A stretch of 32,000 bases of DNA from Bifidobacterium longum subsp. longum JCM 1217 (GCF_000196555.1 NC_015067.1:1920001-1952000), one strand, 5' to 3'. Shown: positions 8,156 to 18,612, counted from the first letter of the stretch. Numbers and translations are program-made. Notes: generated by a model from the letters alone, not told the origin.

Positions 8156-9439
8156 ATGACGTCATCTCCCGAACCATTGCTGCCCGCGCGCATGCCGTTG
8201 ATGCGCCCCCGGCAGGGCCGTTGGCTCACCGGCGTGTGCAAGGGCATCGCCCTGCACTTGGGCATCGGCGTGGCATGGGTTCGGATTGCGTTCATCGCAC
8301 TGACCGTCCTCTACGGCGCAGGCATCATCGCTTATGTATTCCTGTGGGTGTTCATGCCTGCCGGAGACCCGGTGGCGGCTGCGGCTCGCACAGTGCCCGT
8401 TAATCAGGCGCCGCTTGCGCGAGGCAATCAGCCACTTGCCGCTCATGACGACGAATCGGCTGCCGCACCGGAATCATTGTCCGAGGCCATCCAACGTGCT
8501 CCGAAACCGGCCGTCGTGGCATTGGCCGGTTTCGCGTTGATGGCCACTGGACTGTTGCTCACCAGCACCGGTGCGGATGTCCAGATTGTGTTTCCGCTGC
8601 TGGTAGGGTTGGGCGGCATCGCACTGGCATGGATGAATCTTAGTCCGCGAGGCACGCAGCTGTTGTCTATGTTGGGCGGCATCGCACTGATTTTCATGGG
8701 ATGGGCATTGTATGTGCATAATGTCAGCATTCCTGGGTGGGGCACCTCTCCTCGACGCATTGTTGCCAGCGGATTCGTGATGATCGTCGGTATCGTGGTG
8801 GCGGTGATGCCGTGGGCGAACGCGATGCTGCAACGACTCACCCACGAGCAGGCATTGAAGGAGCGCGAAGAGGAGCGCGCGGACATGACCGCCCATCTGC
8901 ATGATGGCGTGCTGCAAACGTTGGCGCTGATTCAGCTGAACTCCGAGGAACCGACCACCGTATTCGCCCTGGCGCGTAGCCAAGAGCGCGAGCTGCGCGA
9001 ATGGCTGTATCAGGAACGTTCCACATCGGATCGTTCGGTGGGAGCCGGATTGAAGCAGATCGCCGCCGAGGTGGAGGACGAGCACGGCAAGCCGATTGAG
9101 GTGGTCACCGTGGGCGACGCGCGGCCGAGCGCCCAGACCGATGCGCTGCTGGACGCCACCCGTCAGGCGTTGGTCAATGCGGTCACGCATGGCGGCGAGC
9201 CGGTGTCTTTGTATTGCGAGGCCAGCGACACGATGGTTGAAGTGTTCGTGCGCGACCATGGCGAAGGCTTCGATATGGACGCCATTCCGCCCGACCGGCT
9301 GGGCATCCGCGAATCGATTATCGGCCGCATCAAACGGCGCGGCGGTACAGTGGAGATAGTGTCCAGGGCCGGCTGGGGCACCGAGGTCAGAATGCATATG
9401 CCGATCGCGCTGAAAGCGGCGCAGGGAGAACATCGATGA
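8156..9439 (+). CDS. PspC-domain sensor histidine kinase (HisKA_3/LiaS-NarX class)
   Basis: The N-terminus RWLTGVCKGIALHLGIGVAWVRIAFIALTVLYGAGIIAYVFLWVFMP is a PspC domain and is followed by four TM helices. The H-box is DMTAHLHDGVLQTLALIQL. The HATPase region includes NAVTHGG, DHGEGFD and GLGIRES...GG. GGAG ends only 1 nt before ATG 8156, so the exact start is uncertain (in-frame ATGs at 8192 and 8201). Confidence 0.85.
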   Translation: MTSSPEPLLPARMPLMRPRQGRWLTGVCKGIALHLGIGVAWVRIAFIALTVLYGAGIIAYVFLWVFMPAGDPVAAAARTVPVNQAPLARGNQPLAAHDDESAAAPESLSEAIQRAPKPAVVALAGFALMATGLLLTSTGADVQIVFPLLVGLGGIALAWMNLSPRGTQLLSMLGGIALIFMGWALYVHNVSIPGWGTSPRRIVASGFVMIVGIVVAVMPWANAMLQRLTHEQALKEREEERADMTAHLHDGVLQTLALIQLNSEEPTTVFALARSQERELREWLYQERSTSDRSVGAGLKQIAAEVEDEHGKPIEVVTVGDARPSAQTDALLDATRQALVNAVTHGGEPVSLYCEASDTMVEVFVRDHGEGFDMDAIPPDRLGIRESIIGRIKRRGGTVEIVSRAGWGTEVRMHMPIALKAAQGEHR

Positions 9440-10131
9440 GCGAGAACGAGACAGCCAAGATTCGTGTGGCCATGGTCGATGACCATGAGATGTTCCGTGC
9501 GGGCGTAATCGCCACGTTGCGCGATTCCTTCGATATCGTCGGCCAAGCGGCGGACGTGCCCGGTTCGGTGGCGATGATCGCACAGACCAAGCCGCAGGTG
9601 GTGTTGCTGGATGTGCATGTGCCCGGCGGCGAGGGTGGCGGCGGTGCCGAGATCCTCGCCAAATCGCGGCCCTACTCCCCCACTACCGTGTTTCTGGCAT
9701 TGTCGGTTTCGGATGCGCCGCAGGATGTGGGGTCGGTGATTCGCGCCGGCGCCCAGGGCTATGTAACCAAGACGATTACCGGCGCTGATTTGATTTCATC
9801 CATCAAGCAGGTGCATGAGGGCTATGCCGTGTTCTCGCCAAAACTGGCCGGTTTTGTACTTTCGACCTTCCAGGGTGTGCCGGCGGCGGGGTCTGATGGC
9901 GGCGCTGATGGTGCGGCACGGGCTCATGATGAGGAGCTGGACCGGCTGTCCGCCCGCGAGCAGGAGGTCATGCGGCTGATCGCGCGTGGTTACACGTATA
10001 AAGAGGTGGCGGCCGAACTGTTCATTTCGATCAAGACGGTCGAAACGCACGTGAGCTCGGTGTTGCGAAAGCTTCAGCTTTCGAATCGCACCGAGCTCAC
10101 CCGCTGGGCCGCCGATAGGCGCATTGTGTGA
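9436..10131 (+). CDS. LuxR/NarL-family response regulator
   Basis: Its ATG overlaps the kinase stop (ATGA at 9436-9439), indicating translational coupling. The receiver domain is IRVAMVDDHEMFR...VVLLDVHVPGG. The C-terminal GerE/LuxR helix-turn-helix is LSAREQEVMRLIARGYTYKEVAAELFISIKTVETHVSSVLRKLQLSNRTEL. Confidence 0.9.
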   Translation: MSENETAKIRVAMVDDHEMFRAGVIATLRDSFDIVGQAADVPGSVAMIAQTKPQVVLLDVHVPGGEGGGGAEILAKSRPYSPTTVFLALSVSDAPQDVGSVIRAGAQGYVTKTITGADLISSIKQVHEGYAVFSPKLAGFVLSTFQGVPAAGSDGGADGAARAHDEELDRLSAREQEVMRLIARGYTYKEVAAELFISIKTVETHVSSVLRKLQLSNRTELTRWAADRRIV

Positions 10132-10140
10132 TAAACGACA

Positions 10141-10170
10141 GATGAGCTCCCTCATCAGAGGGAGCTCATC
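10141..10170. terminator. Bidirectional hairpin between the convergent response regulator and epimerase genes (palindromic element, copy 2)
   Basis: GATGAGCTCCCTC-ATCA-GAGGGAGCTCATC is a perfect 13-bp stem. It lies 10 nt after the regulator stop and 9 nt after the epimerase stop. No long U-tract is present on either side. Confidence 0.6.
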
Positions 10171-10178
10171 TGCTCATA

Positions 10179-11201
10179 TCACTCCGCGTCGCGGAAACCG
10201 TTGGGGTTCTTGGTCTGCCAGTTGAGGGAGGAGGCGGCCATGTCGTCGATGGTCAGCTCGGCCTTCCAGCCAAGCTCCTTCTCCGCCTTGGAAGCGTCGG
10301 CGTAGCAGGCGGCGATGTCACCGGGGCGACGCGGCTTGATCGCGTACGGAATCGGATGACCGGCGGCCTTCTCGTAAGCCTTGATAACCTCAAGCACGGA
10401 GTAGCCGTGGCCAGTACCCAGGTTGTAGACGAACACGCCTTCCTTGTCGATGTGGTCAATGACGGCCACGTGGCCCTTGGCCAGGTCGACCACGTGGATG
10501 TAGTCACGCACACCAGTGCCGTCGGGCGTGTCGTAGTCGTCGCCGTAGACCTGGACTTCCTTGAGCTCGCCGACCGCGACCTTGGCCACGTACGGGGTGA
10601 GGTTCGCCGGAATACCCTTCGGGTCTTCGCCCAGCAGGCCGGACTCGTGCGCGCCGACCGGGTTGAAGTAGCGCAGCAGCACGATGGTCCAGGACGGATC
10701 GGCCACATGCACGTCGCGCAGAATCTGCTCCTGGAACAGCTTGGAGGTGCCGTACGGGTTGGTGGTGCCGCCGGTCGGCGTCTCCTCGGTGATCGGCAGT
10801 TCCTTCGGCGTGCCGTACACGGTGGCGGAGGATGAGAAGATGATCTTCTTGACGTTGTGCTTCTTCATCACCTTGAGCAGCACAAGCGTGGAGTACAGGT
10901 TGTTGTCGTAGTATTCGATCGGCTTGGCCACGGACTCGCCCACGGCCTTGAGACCGGCGAAGTGGATGACCCAGTCGATGTTGTTTTCAGCGAAGACGCG
11001 TTCCATGAGCGCCTCATCGCGCACGTCGCCGTCATAACGCTTGACCGGCTTGCCGGTGATTTGCTCGACGCGCTCAAGCGCCACGGGCGACGAGTTGCCG
11101 TAGTTATCTACGGAAATAACGTCGTAGCCCTTGTTGAGCAGTTCGATGTCGGTGTGAGTGGCGATGAATCCAGCACCGCCCGTAACCAGAACAGTAGTCA
11201 T
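10179..11201 (-). CDS. lnpD: UDP-glucose/UDP-GlcNAc 4-epimerase (GalE family) of the GNB/LNB pathway
   Basis: MTTVLVTGGAGFIATH is a Rossmann GxxGxxG motif and the catalytic YxxxK is YGTSKLFQE. The protein is 340 aa, AAGGAGGG precedes the ATG, and the gene is last in the lnpABCD order. Confidence 0.95.
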   Translation of the reverse strand: MTTVLVTGGAGFIATHTDIELLNKGYDVISVDNYGNSSPVALERVEQITGKPVKRYDGDVRDEALMERVFAENNIDWVIHFAGLKAVGESVAKPIEYYDNNLYSTLVLLKVMKKHNVKKIIFSSSATVYGTPKELPITEETPTGGTTNPYGTSKLFQEQILRDVHVADPSWTIVLLRYFNPVGAHESGLLGEDPKGIPANLTPYVAKVAVGELKEVQVYGDDYDTPDGTGVRDYIHVVDLAKGHVAVIDHIDKEGVFVYNLGTGHGYSVLEVIKAYEKAAGHPIPYAIKPRRPGDIAACYADASKAEKELGWKAELTIDDMAASSLNWQTKNPNGFRDAE

Positions 11202-11270
11202 ATTCCCTCCTTTGGAAGGACTTGCCTTCGGTTTTTCCTTCAGTATTGAGCTTACTTCACTTGACCTGTT

Positions 11271-12818
11271 TCACCTAGCGGCAAAACCAAGGCTTTCGAG
11301 GAATGTTTGCGTGGTGGCTTTCTGCTTGAAGACGGCCGTGTTGCCGAGGATGCGGTAGCAGACGCTGCCGAGCTCGTCGTGTACGGCTTGGCGGATGGCC
11401 TCGCGGTCGTGGTTTCCGGCCAACGTTTCAGCGAGTTCGCCCCATTCGAGACTGAATTCGCTGACTTCATCGGGCAAATCGCGGCCTTCGGCGAGCGCCT
11501 CTTCGACAATGCCGAGCTGGTCGACGAGCCGTCCGGGCAGAATGAACAAGCCTTGGGCCTCGATCAGTCCGATCGGCTCCTGCTTGACCGGCCAGTATTC
11601 GGGGTGTGCATGGAAAATACCTTCCGGGTACTCGTCGCTGATCGCATTGTTGCGGAAGATGAGACTCATCTCATAGCCGCGTTCGGTGATGATCGCGCTG
11701 GGCGAGAGGGCGGATTGGCGGTTGCCATCCGCGTCATGGCTGGCGATGCCGTTCGCCGCGTCGTCATAACCGACCCATGCCTCGCGGATGATGTCGGATA
11801 CGTCGATGATGCTCTGGCGACTCTTCGACACCACGCGCACGGCGGTGCCGGGCCAGTCAAGGATTTCAACCACGGCGTCCGGATAGTCGGCAAGTGTGAA
11901 GGCGGCCCAAGTGGCGGCCTTGTGCATCGGCAGCAGTTCGCCGCCGCCCTGGTAATGGTCATGGGCGAGCACCGAGCCGCCGATGCGAGGCAGCGCGGCG
12001 TTGCATCCGAGGAAGTATCCGGGGAAACGGTCCACGAAGTCGAGCAGATGGCCGAAGGTGTCGCGGTCCACATGCATCGGCGTGTGGTCGGTGTTCACGC
12101 AGATGCCGTGCTGGTCGAAGTAGCCGTAGGGCGAGAACTGCCAGAACCATGACTCGCCGCCGAGCGTGACCGGCAAGGTGCGCAGCGTGCGCTTGTCACG
12201 TCCGGCGAAGCCCTCGTTCTCATGGCAGATCGTGCACTTCGGGTAGCCGCCGGCCACGGCGTTGCCGGCCGCCGCCTTCTTCATGTTCTTGAATTCGGGT
12301 TTGGCGAGGTTGATGGTCACCGTCAGCCCGTGCGAGTCGAAGCGCGGGTTCCGGTCGAGCTGGGCACGCTTGACATAATTGTTGGCCACACAGTAGTCGT
12401 AGAACCATTGCATGGCGGCCATGCCGCCATCCCGGTGCTCGACGAGCAGGAATCGGTCGTCGAGATCAGCGGGGTTGGCGGAGAGGATGCCCATGATGGT
12501 GTCGGCGTAGGCCGGGCCTTCCTCCGGCTTGAAAAGGCCGGCGGTTGTGGCGGCGGCGCGGAAGGCGGCGAGCAGGGGGTCGGGGGTCTTTTCGCCATAG
12601 GGGGCCTGGCTTCGGCTGCCAACAATGTCTTGGACTACGTCTGACACTGACGCCGCCGACGTTGTGGTTTTGGGTCCGGGGTAGGAATCTAGGCGGAAGA
12701 GGGCGAAGATTTGGTTGCGGGTCCAGTCTGCGTTGCGTGGGTCAAGGTCAAGATGGGCCAAGGCATAATCGATCAGGGCGTCGATGCTGGCGTATACCTC
12801 GGTCAGCTGATCGTTCAT
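11271..12818 (-). CDS. lnpC: UDP-glucose--hexose-1-phosphate uridylyltransferase (type 2 GalT) of the GNB/LNB pathway
   Basis: The protein is 515 aa, the length and architecture of the Gram-positive GalT class. The context is kinase upstream and epimerase downstream. GGAGG precedes ATG 12818. Confidence 0.9.
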   Translation of the reverse strand: MNDQLTEVYASIDALIDYALAHLDLDPRNADWTRNQIFALFRLDSYPGPKTTTSAASVSDVVQDIVGSRSQAPYGEKTPDPLLAAFRAAATTAGLFKPEEGPAYADTIMGILSANPADLDDRFLLVEHRDGGMAAMQWFYDYCVANNYVKRAQLDRNPRFDSHGLTVTINLAKPEFKNMKKAAAGNAVAGGYPKCTICHENEGFAGRDKRTLRTLPVTLGGESWFWQFSPYGYFDQHGICVNTDHTPMHVDRDTFGHLLDFVDRFPGYFLGCNAALPRIGGSVLAHDHYQGGGELLPMHKAATWAAFTLADYPDAVVEILDWPGTAVRVVSKSRQSIIDVSDIIREAWVGYDDAANGIASHDADGNRQSALSPSAIITERGYEMSLIFRNNAISDEYPEGIFHAHPEYWPVKQEPIGLIEAQGLFILPGRLVDQLGIVEEALAEGRDLPDEVSEFSLEWGELAETLAGNHDREAIRQAVHDELGSVCYRILGNTAVFKQKATTQTFLESLGFAAR

Positions 12819-12864
12819 TGCTCTGCCTCCATCATGCTGGTTCGGGTATGGTTCGGCTGACGGC

Positions 12865-13971
<1,107 letters not shown>

Positions 13972-16227
13972 TCAGGCTTCACGCCAGGCGATACCGCTGT
14001 CAGGCAGGTCGAAGTCCTCGGTGGTGCCGTCGGCCAAAGTCACCGTGGTCTTCTGCGGCTGATCGGTGTTGTTGATTACGCAATACAGCCCTTGCTCGGG
14101 GAAGTGTGCCACTTCGCATTCCGGATTGGACGAGCTCCAGGCCGCATACTTGTCTTCGTTGTGGGAAGCGTAGAACAGCACGCGTTCCAGCAGTCGGGCG
14201 TTGGCCGCCGAATAGGGCAGGCCGGAGATGTACACGCCGCGGCCCTTGCCATAATCGTTGGTCGCGAGCTGTACCTGGCCGCCGTCCGCGCGCAGCAGGG
14301 TCACGTTTTCATTGACCGGATACGTGTTGAGCACGGGTTCGCCGAAATCGATGCCGCCCAACGGCTTGATGGACTGGCCGCCGCCGCAGCCGCTCAGCGG
14401 GATGCGGTAGCCGGCCTGCTCCCAAGCCTCGCGGGCCGCCGGGTCGACCGGCACATCGGCGGTGATGAAGTGGTCCGGCACCACCGGCGGGAAATACTTG
14501 TCCACCGAAAGGGTCTGATAGCGCTCCTCGTCCACGCCAATCACGTCGGCCAGCTGGAAGAACCGGCCCGTTTGGAAGCGCGGTGCCGAGCTCGGCTCGC
14601 CCACGCCCACGAACGCGCCGCCGCCACGCACCCAGGCGCGCACGGTTTCCACGAGCTTCGGGTTGGTCCACACATCGCCGCCGGTGAATGCGGTGTCGAC
14701 CGGGCCGCCGTTGATGATTACGTCGATATCGCTATCGATGCCATGCGCGAGTACGTCGTCGAAGCTGATGAACCGCACGTTCACGCGCATGCCGGACAGG
14801 GATTCCAGAATGCCGTAGTAGGAGTAGGTCTGCTTGTTGGGCAGGGCGTGTGCCACGGTGAACGCCATCCAGGAGCGCATCTTGCCCCAGGAATTCAGAA
14901 TCGCCACGTTGAGCTCACCTTCGGCGGCCACCCCACCGGTGCGGTCGTGGATGTCGCGGAATTCGTTGGCGATATGGGTCACCGTGTCCACGAACTTCGG
15001 GAACTTGGCGGCCAGGGAGAGATAGCCGCCGTAGCCCATGCGGCTGATCGGCGAGCGCAGGATCGCGCGGCGGGCCTTGCGCCAGTTGTCGAGGCCTTCG
15101 ATGCTCGGATCGTTGCCCTCGTAGAACGTGTCGGGGAAGAAGTACGGCAGGAAGCGGCCTTCGGTGTACTTGACGCCCGGAATATCGGCGATCATGCGGG
15201 TGGTGGTGCCGTCGCCGATGGAACCGACCACGGCGTCCAGGCCGAGTTCGTCGAATCCGTCCTTGTACGGTTCGGTGCCGATCCACTGGTCGCCGAGGAA
15301 CATCATCGCCTCTTTGCCGGCGGCGTGGGACATGTCGGCGAGCTGCTTGACGTTTTCGCGCACGAAGCCGGAGAGGAAGTCGATCCAGTCGCGCTGGGCT
15401 TTTCTGGGCACGCGCCATGCGGAGTTGTAGGCACCGCCGTCCACGAAGTCCTCCGGGCGCAGGCGGTAGCCATACTTGGCTTCGAAATCATCCAGCGCAC
15501 GCGGGCTTACGGTGCAGGCGCAACCAAACCAGTCGACGACCTTTTCGCGGCGCTTTTCATCGAACAGGAGCGTGAACTGGTAGAAGAACGTGGTGAATCG
15601 CACCACATCGGTCTGCGGGCTGTCCTTAAGCCACTGCTCGAACGTGTCGAACACGAACTTGCGGGTGGCCGGATGGTAGATGTCGAACGGGATCTCGTGT
15701 TCCTTGTCGCCCCAGTCGTTGGTCAGATGGTTGTACATCTCGACCGGGTCCCAGATGATGTAGGCCAGGAAACTCACCGTGTACTCATGCCATGCGGCAA
15801 CGCCGCTCACATGCACGGTGTCCTCGTCCGCGTCAAGCGTCCAGTTCGCCGAATCAACGACCTCGCCGGTGGTGCGGTCTACAACCTCCCAATACTTGTG
15901 AGGGTCGGCATCACGATTCGGCTTCAGCTGCTCAGCGAAGAAGCTTTCCATCAGCGGAATATCAACCGTATCCGATTCGGCGAGAATGCGATCGGTCAGC
16001 AGATACACCTGTGGCGTCTCATCCATATGCAGCGTAATCCACTCGTTATGCGCGCGAGTCGGGAAATACGCATTGTAAATCTTCTTGCCCAAGGCAAGCA
16101 CAGCCTCATCCAGATGCGTGCCATCGGAGTTACGAATGGCGTCTGCTCCCCACAGTTCGGCAAGCTCCTTGGTCTTCTCCGCAAAATTCTCCTCGCTAGG
16201 CAAGGTGAAGCGGCCGGTGCTAGTCAT
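13972..16227 (-). CDS. lnpA: 1,3-beta-galactosyl-N-acetylhexosamine phosphorylase (lacto-N-biose phosphorylase, GH112)
   Basis: The protein is 751 aa and starts MTSTGRFTLPSEENFAEKTKELAELWGADAIRNSDGTHLD. AAAGGAGAG precedes the ATG. It is followed by nahK, lnpC and lnpD in the canonical order. Confidence 0.95.
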   Translation of the reverse strand: MTSTGRFTLPSEENFAEKTKELAELWGADAIRNSDGTHLDEAVLALGKKIYNAYFPTRAHNEWITLHMDETPQVYLLTDRILAESDTVDIPLMESFFAEQLKPNRDADPHKYWEVVDRTTGEVVDSANWTLDADEDTVHVSGVAAWHEYTVSFLAYIIWDPVEMYNHLTNDWGDKEHEIPFDIYHPATRKFVFDTFEQWLKDSPQTDVVRFTTFFYQFTLLFDEKRREKVVDWFGCACTVSPRALDDFEAKYGYRLRPEDFVDGGAYNSAWRVPRKAQRDWIDFLSGFVRENVKQLADMSHAAGKEAMMFLGDQWIGTEPYKDGFDELGLDAVVGSIGDGTTTRMIADIPGVKYTEGRFLPYFFPDTFYEGNDPSIEGLDNWRKARRAILRSPISRMGYGGYLSLAAKFPKFVDTVTHIANEFRDIHDRTGGVAAEGELNVAILNSWGKMRSWMAFTVAHALPNKQTYSYYGILESLSGMRVNVRFISFDDVLAHGIDSDIDVIINGGPVDTAFTGGDVWTNPKLVETVRAWVRGGGAFVGVGEPSSAPRFQTGRFFQLADVIGVDEERYQTLSVDKYFPPVVPDHFITADVPVDPAAREAWEQAGYRIPLSGCGGGQSIKPLGGIDFGEPVLNTYPVNENVTLLRADGGQVQLATNDYGKGRGVYISGLPYSAANARLLERVLFYASHNEDKYAAWSSSNPECEVAHFPEQGLYCVINNTDQPQKTTVTLADGTTEDFDLPDSGIAWREA

Positions 16228-16270
16228 AGTCTCTCCTTTGAGGACATTGATTATTTTTTTGGATAATTAA

Positions 16271-16299
16271 ATTGTAAACAATATATGCATATAAAACAA
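16271..16299 (-). promoter_or_regulatory. Candidate sigma-70 promoter for lnpA with two embedded palindromes
   Basis: The minus strand reads TTGTTT (16299-16294), a 17-nt spacer, then TACAAT (16276-16271), about 40 nt upstream of the lnpA ATG. It lies in a locally AT-rich stretch (16245-16300). Palindrome ATTGT-NN-ACAAT (16271-16282) overlaps the -10. The perfect 12-bp palindrome TATATGCATATA (16282-16293) fills the spacer. Confidence 0.45.
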
Positions 16300-16486
16300 G
16301 AATCCGACACAACCGTCGGGCGTCCAGGATCCTGACTGTATAAATCCTTGAGAGTAGCCCCACGGCAACGCCGGAAGAGCGAATTGAACATCACCGGAGC
16401 TTCCCGGTCAGTTTCACCGACAATCTCATGACAAGAATCAGGAAGGCTCTGGATCGGTATGGTTGCGTGCTACTTATTGTTGAGAA

Positions 16487-16528
16487 GCCGTCCGGCGCCG
16501 GAAGGAGTAGCACGAGGCACCGGACGGC
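16487..16528 (-). terminator. Stem-loop downstream of the permease genes (possible terminator or processing site between transporter and lnp genes)
   Basis: GCCGTCCGG (16487-16495) pairs with CCGGACGGC (16520-16528) as a 9-bp GC stem. On the minus strand it is followed by TTCTCAACAATAAG, which is only moderately U-rich. Confidence 0.35.
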
Positions 16529-16545
16529 GGGAATTATTGGTCTTA

Positions 16546-16686
16546 GGCTGTCCGCTTAACGCGTCGCCTTCGGCCCCTGCAATTAAGGACTCGCCTACGG
16601 CGAGACTCAATGCTGCCTTCGCTCGGCTACCGCCTCGCTCGGGCCGACGCTACAGACAGCCCACCGGGCTGTCCGCTTAACGCGTC
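16546..16686. repeat. Two 20-bp direct repeats flanking 101 bp of short TTCG/TACG-loop hairpin modules
   Basis: GGCTGTCCGCTTAACGCGTC occurs at 16546-16565 and 16667-16686. The second copy overlaps the permease stop codon. The interior holds CTCGCC-TACG-GCGAG and several GCC-TTCG-GC-like units. Confidence 0.75.
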
Positions 16687-17644
16687 AGCCCTTGACCGCA
16701 CCAGCGGCGAGGCCGGCCTGCCAGTAGCGCTGGAGACCGAGGAAGAGCACGATCACAGGCAGCACACCGAGCAGAGCACCCATCATCAGAGCGCCACGAT
16801 CAGTGAAGGTAGCCAGAGAGACCATGCCGTACAGACCCAAGGTCACCGGCTTCAAGGTGTCGGAAGAGACCATCATCAACGGCAGCAGGAAGTTGTTCCA
16901 AGTGGCCACGAACAGGAACAGGAAGATCGTGACCATTGCCGGAGCCAGAATCCTCAACACAATGGTGAAGAAGATGCGAGCTTCGCTTGCACCATCGATA
17001 CGCGCCGCCTCAAGCAGCTCGTTCGGCACTGAGGTCTGCGCGTATACGCGGCCCAGGAAGAAGCCGAACGGAGAGACGCAGCACGGGATGATGATGGAGA
17101 GCATCGTGTTGGTCAGGTGCATGGCATGGAAGATGGAGTACTGCGGAATGGTCAGCAGAGCGGCCGGCATCAGCATGCAGCCCATAATCACGCCAATGGC
17201 AAGGTTCTTACCCTTGAAGTTGAACTTTGCGGTAGCGTATCCCGCCATCACAGCCACGAGCGTACCCACCAGAGCGGAAACACCCGAGTAGATCAGGGAG
17301 TTCAGCACCCAGCGCCAGAACTGGCCACGGGTCCAACCAATCAGCGTGCCATAGTTCTTGGCGATGGCGGCAGGCAAATCGCTCAGACCCACGGCGAACC
17401 ACAGACCGTTGCTGCCGGTCATCTGGCTCGGCGTCTTGGTCGAGGCGATGATGGCCCAGTAAATCGGGAACAGAAAGTAGATCAGCGCGAAGACCAGAAC
17501 AACGATGGTGATGGTCTTGACCAGCGCGGAAGGCTGCATGGAACGAGGCAGGTCGTTGGCATGCTTGTCGCGAATCCTGTCAGCCTTCTTACGAGCGCGT
17601 GCGACCGCGCGGGATTCCTTATCAGTAGCTTCTACGGTGCTCAT
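16685..17644 (-). CDS. gltC: Carbohydrate ABC transporter permease (MalG-like) of the GNB/LNB importer
   Basis: The protein is 319 aa with six TM helices and the EAA-loop region ELLEAARIDGASEARIFFTIVLRILAP. Its ATG overlaps the upstream permease stop (ATGA at 17641-17644). Confidence 0.9.
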   Translation of the reverse strand: MSTVEATDKESRAVARARKKADRIRDKHANDLPRSMQPSALVKTITIVVLVFALIYFLFPIYWAIIASTKTPSQMTGSNGLWFAVGLSDLPAAIAKNYGTLIGWTRGQFWRWVLNSLIYSGVSALVGTLVAVMAGYATAKFNFKGKNLAIGVIMGCMLMPAALLTIPQYSIFHAMHLTNTMLSIIIPCCVSPFGFFLGRVYAQTSVPNELLEAARIDGASEARIFFTIVLRILAPAMVTIFLFLFVATWNNFLLPLMMVSSDTLKPVTLGLYGMVSLATFTDRGALMMGALLGVLPVIVLFLGLQRYWQAGLAAGAVKG

Positions 17645-18612
17645 TCTGCGTTCACCTTCCTTTCAACGAGCGTGTAGACCACGGCGAGTACGCCAGCGAT
17701 CAGTGCCATAACGATGGCCACAGCGGATGCAGGTCCGTCACCACCCGGGGTCAGCGTGCCCTGCGAGGTATTGAGGGCCATCATCATTGGCGTGTACGAC
17801 TTGGAAATGCTCGGATCGGAAATCGACATCACCTGCGGCTCGTTGAACAGCTGGATGGTGCCGACGATGGAGAGCAGCATGGCAAGCAGGGCGGCTGCAC
17901 GCACGTTCGGCAGCTTGATCTTCATGGCGATCTGGAAGCCACTGGCGCCATCGATGCGTGCGGCCTCGTACAGATCGTGCGGAATGGCCTGCAGTGCGGC
18001 GAGGAAGATCAGCATGTTGTAGCCGGTGAAGGTCCAGGTCGTGATGTTGGCCATAGAGCCGAGGACCACATTGTCGCCGAAGAAGTTCACCTTGATGCCG
18101 ATGGCGGCAAGTCCCTTAACGATAGGGGAAATCTGGCCGTTGTAGAGGTACACCCAGATGATGGATGCGACCACGCCCGGAATGGCGTACGGCAGGAAGT
18201 AGCTCAGACGGAATGCGGTGATGTGCTTGACGATATAGGAATCGATGAGCATTGCCAGAGCAAGTGCCGCGATGATCATGACCGGCACCTGAATCACGGT
18301 GTAGAGCACTACCCTGCCCACGCCAGCCCAGAAGTTGCCGGAAGTAATAACGTATTGGAAGTTCTGAAGTCCGACGAACTTATCGACCAGTTCCCCGCCG
18401 CCGTATGCGCCACCGCCCGTGGTGACCTGGCGGAAGAAGCTGGAATAAATAGCCCAAATGATGGGAAGAATAAATACCAGAGCGAACAGGATGCCAAACG
18501 GTGCCATGAAGGCCCAGCCGGTACGATTCTCACGCTTCACAGCATCAGAAGCCTTTGGCTTATCGGCACGCCTGGCGACCCCCGTCTTCGCCGTTTTTGT
18601 TGTTGCAGTCAT
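17641..18612 (-). CDS. gltB: Carbohydrate ABC transporter permease (MalF-like) of the GNB/LNB importer
   Basis: The protein is 323 aa with the EAA loop DLYEAARIDGASGFQIAMKIKLP. The N-terminus is basic and is followed by TM helices. Confidence 0.9.
   Translation of the reverse strand: MTATTKTAKTGVARRADKPKASDAVKRENRTGWAFMAPFGILFALVFILPIIWAIYSSFFRQVTTGGGAYGGGELVDKFVGLQNFQYVITSGNFWAGVGRVVLYTVIQVPVMIIAALALAMLIDSYIVKHITAFRLSYFLPYAIPGVVASIIWVYLYNGQISPIVKGLAAIGIKVNFFGDNVVLGSMANITTWTFTGYNMLIFLAALQAIPHDLYEAARIDGASGFQIAMKIKLPNVRAAALLAMLLSIVGTIQLFNEPQVMSISDPSISKSYTPMMMALNTSQGTLTPGGDGPASAVAIVMALIAGVLAVVYTLVERKVNAE

Noticed and set aside
5481-8177. N-terminal extensions given by the ORF track for several genes (3879-5606, 5584-6405, 6321-8177, 12865-13962, 18805-20151, 21126-22448, 22448-23827, 24689-27163, 27530-29140, 29168-30904)
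   Set aside because: In each case an internal start has a proper Shine-Dalgarno and yields a canonical N-terminus (signal anchor, lipobox, or a known protein start). The extension overlaps neighbouring genes or promoters.
16459-17032. Track ORFs 16459-16680 and 16610-17032 crossing the intergenic repeat
   Set aside because: They are read through hairpin-module repeats and the antisense of a permease gene. The repetitive Ala/Ser/Pro/Arg translation is a by-product of the GC-rich palindromes.
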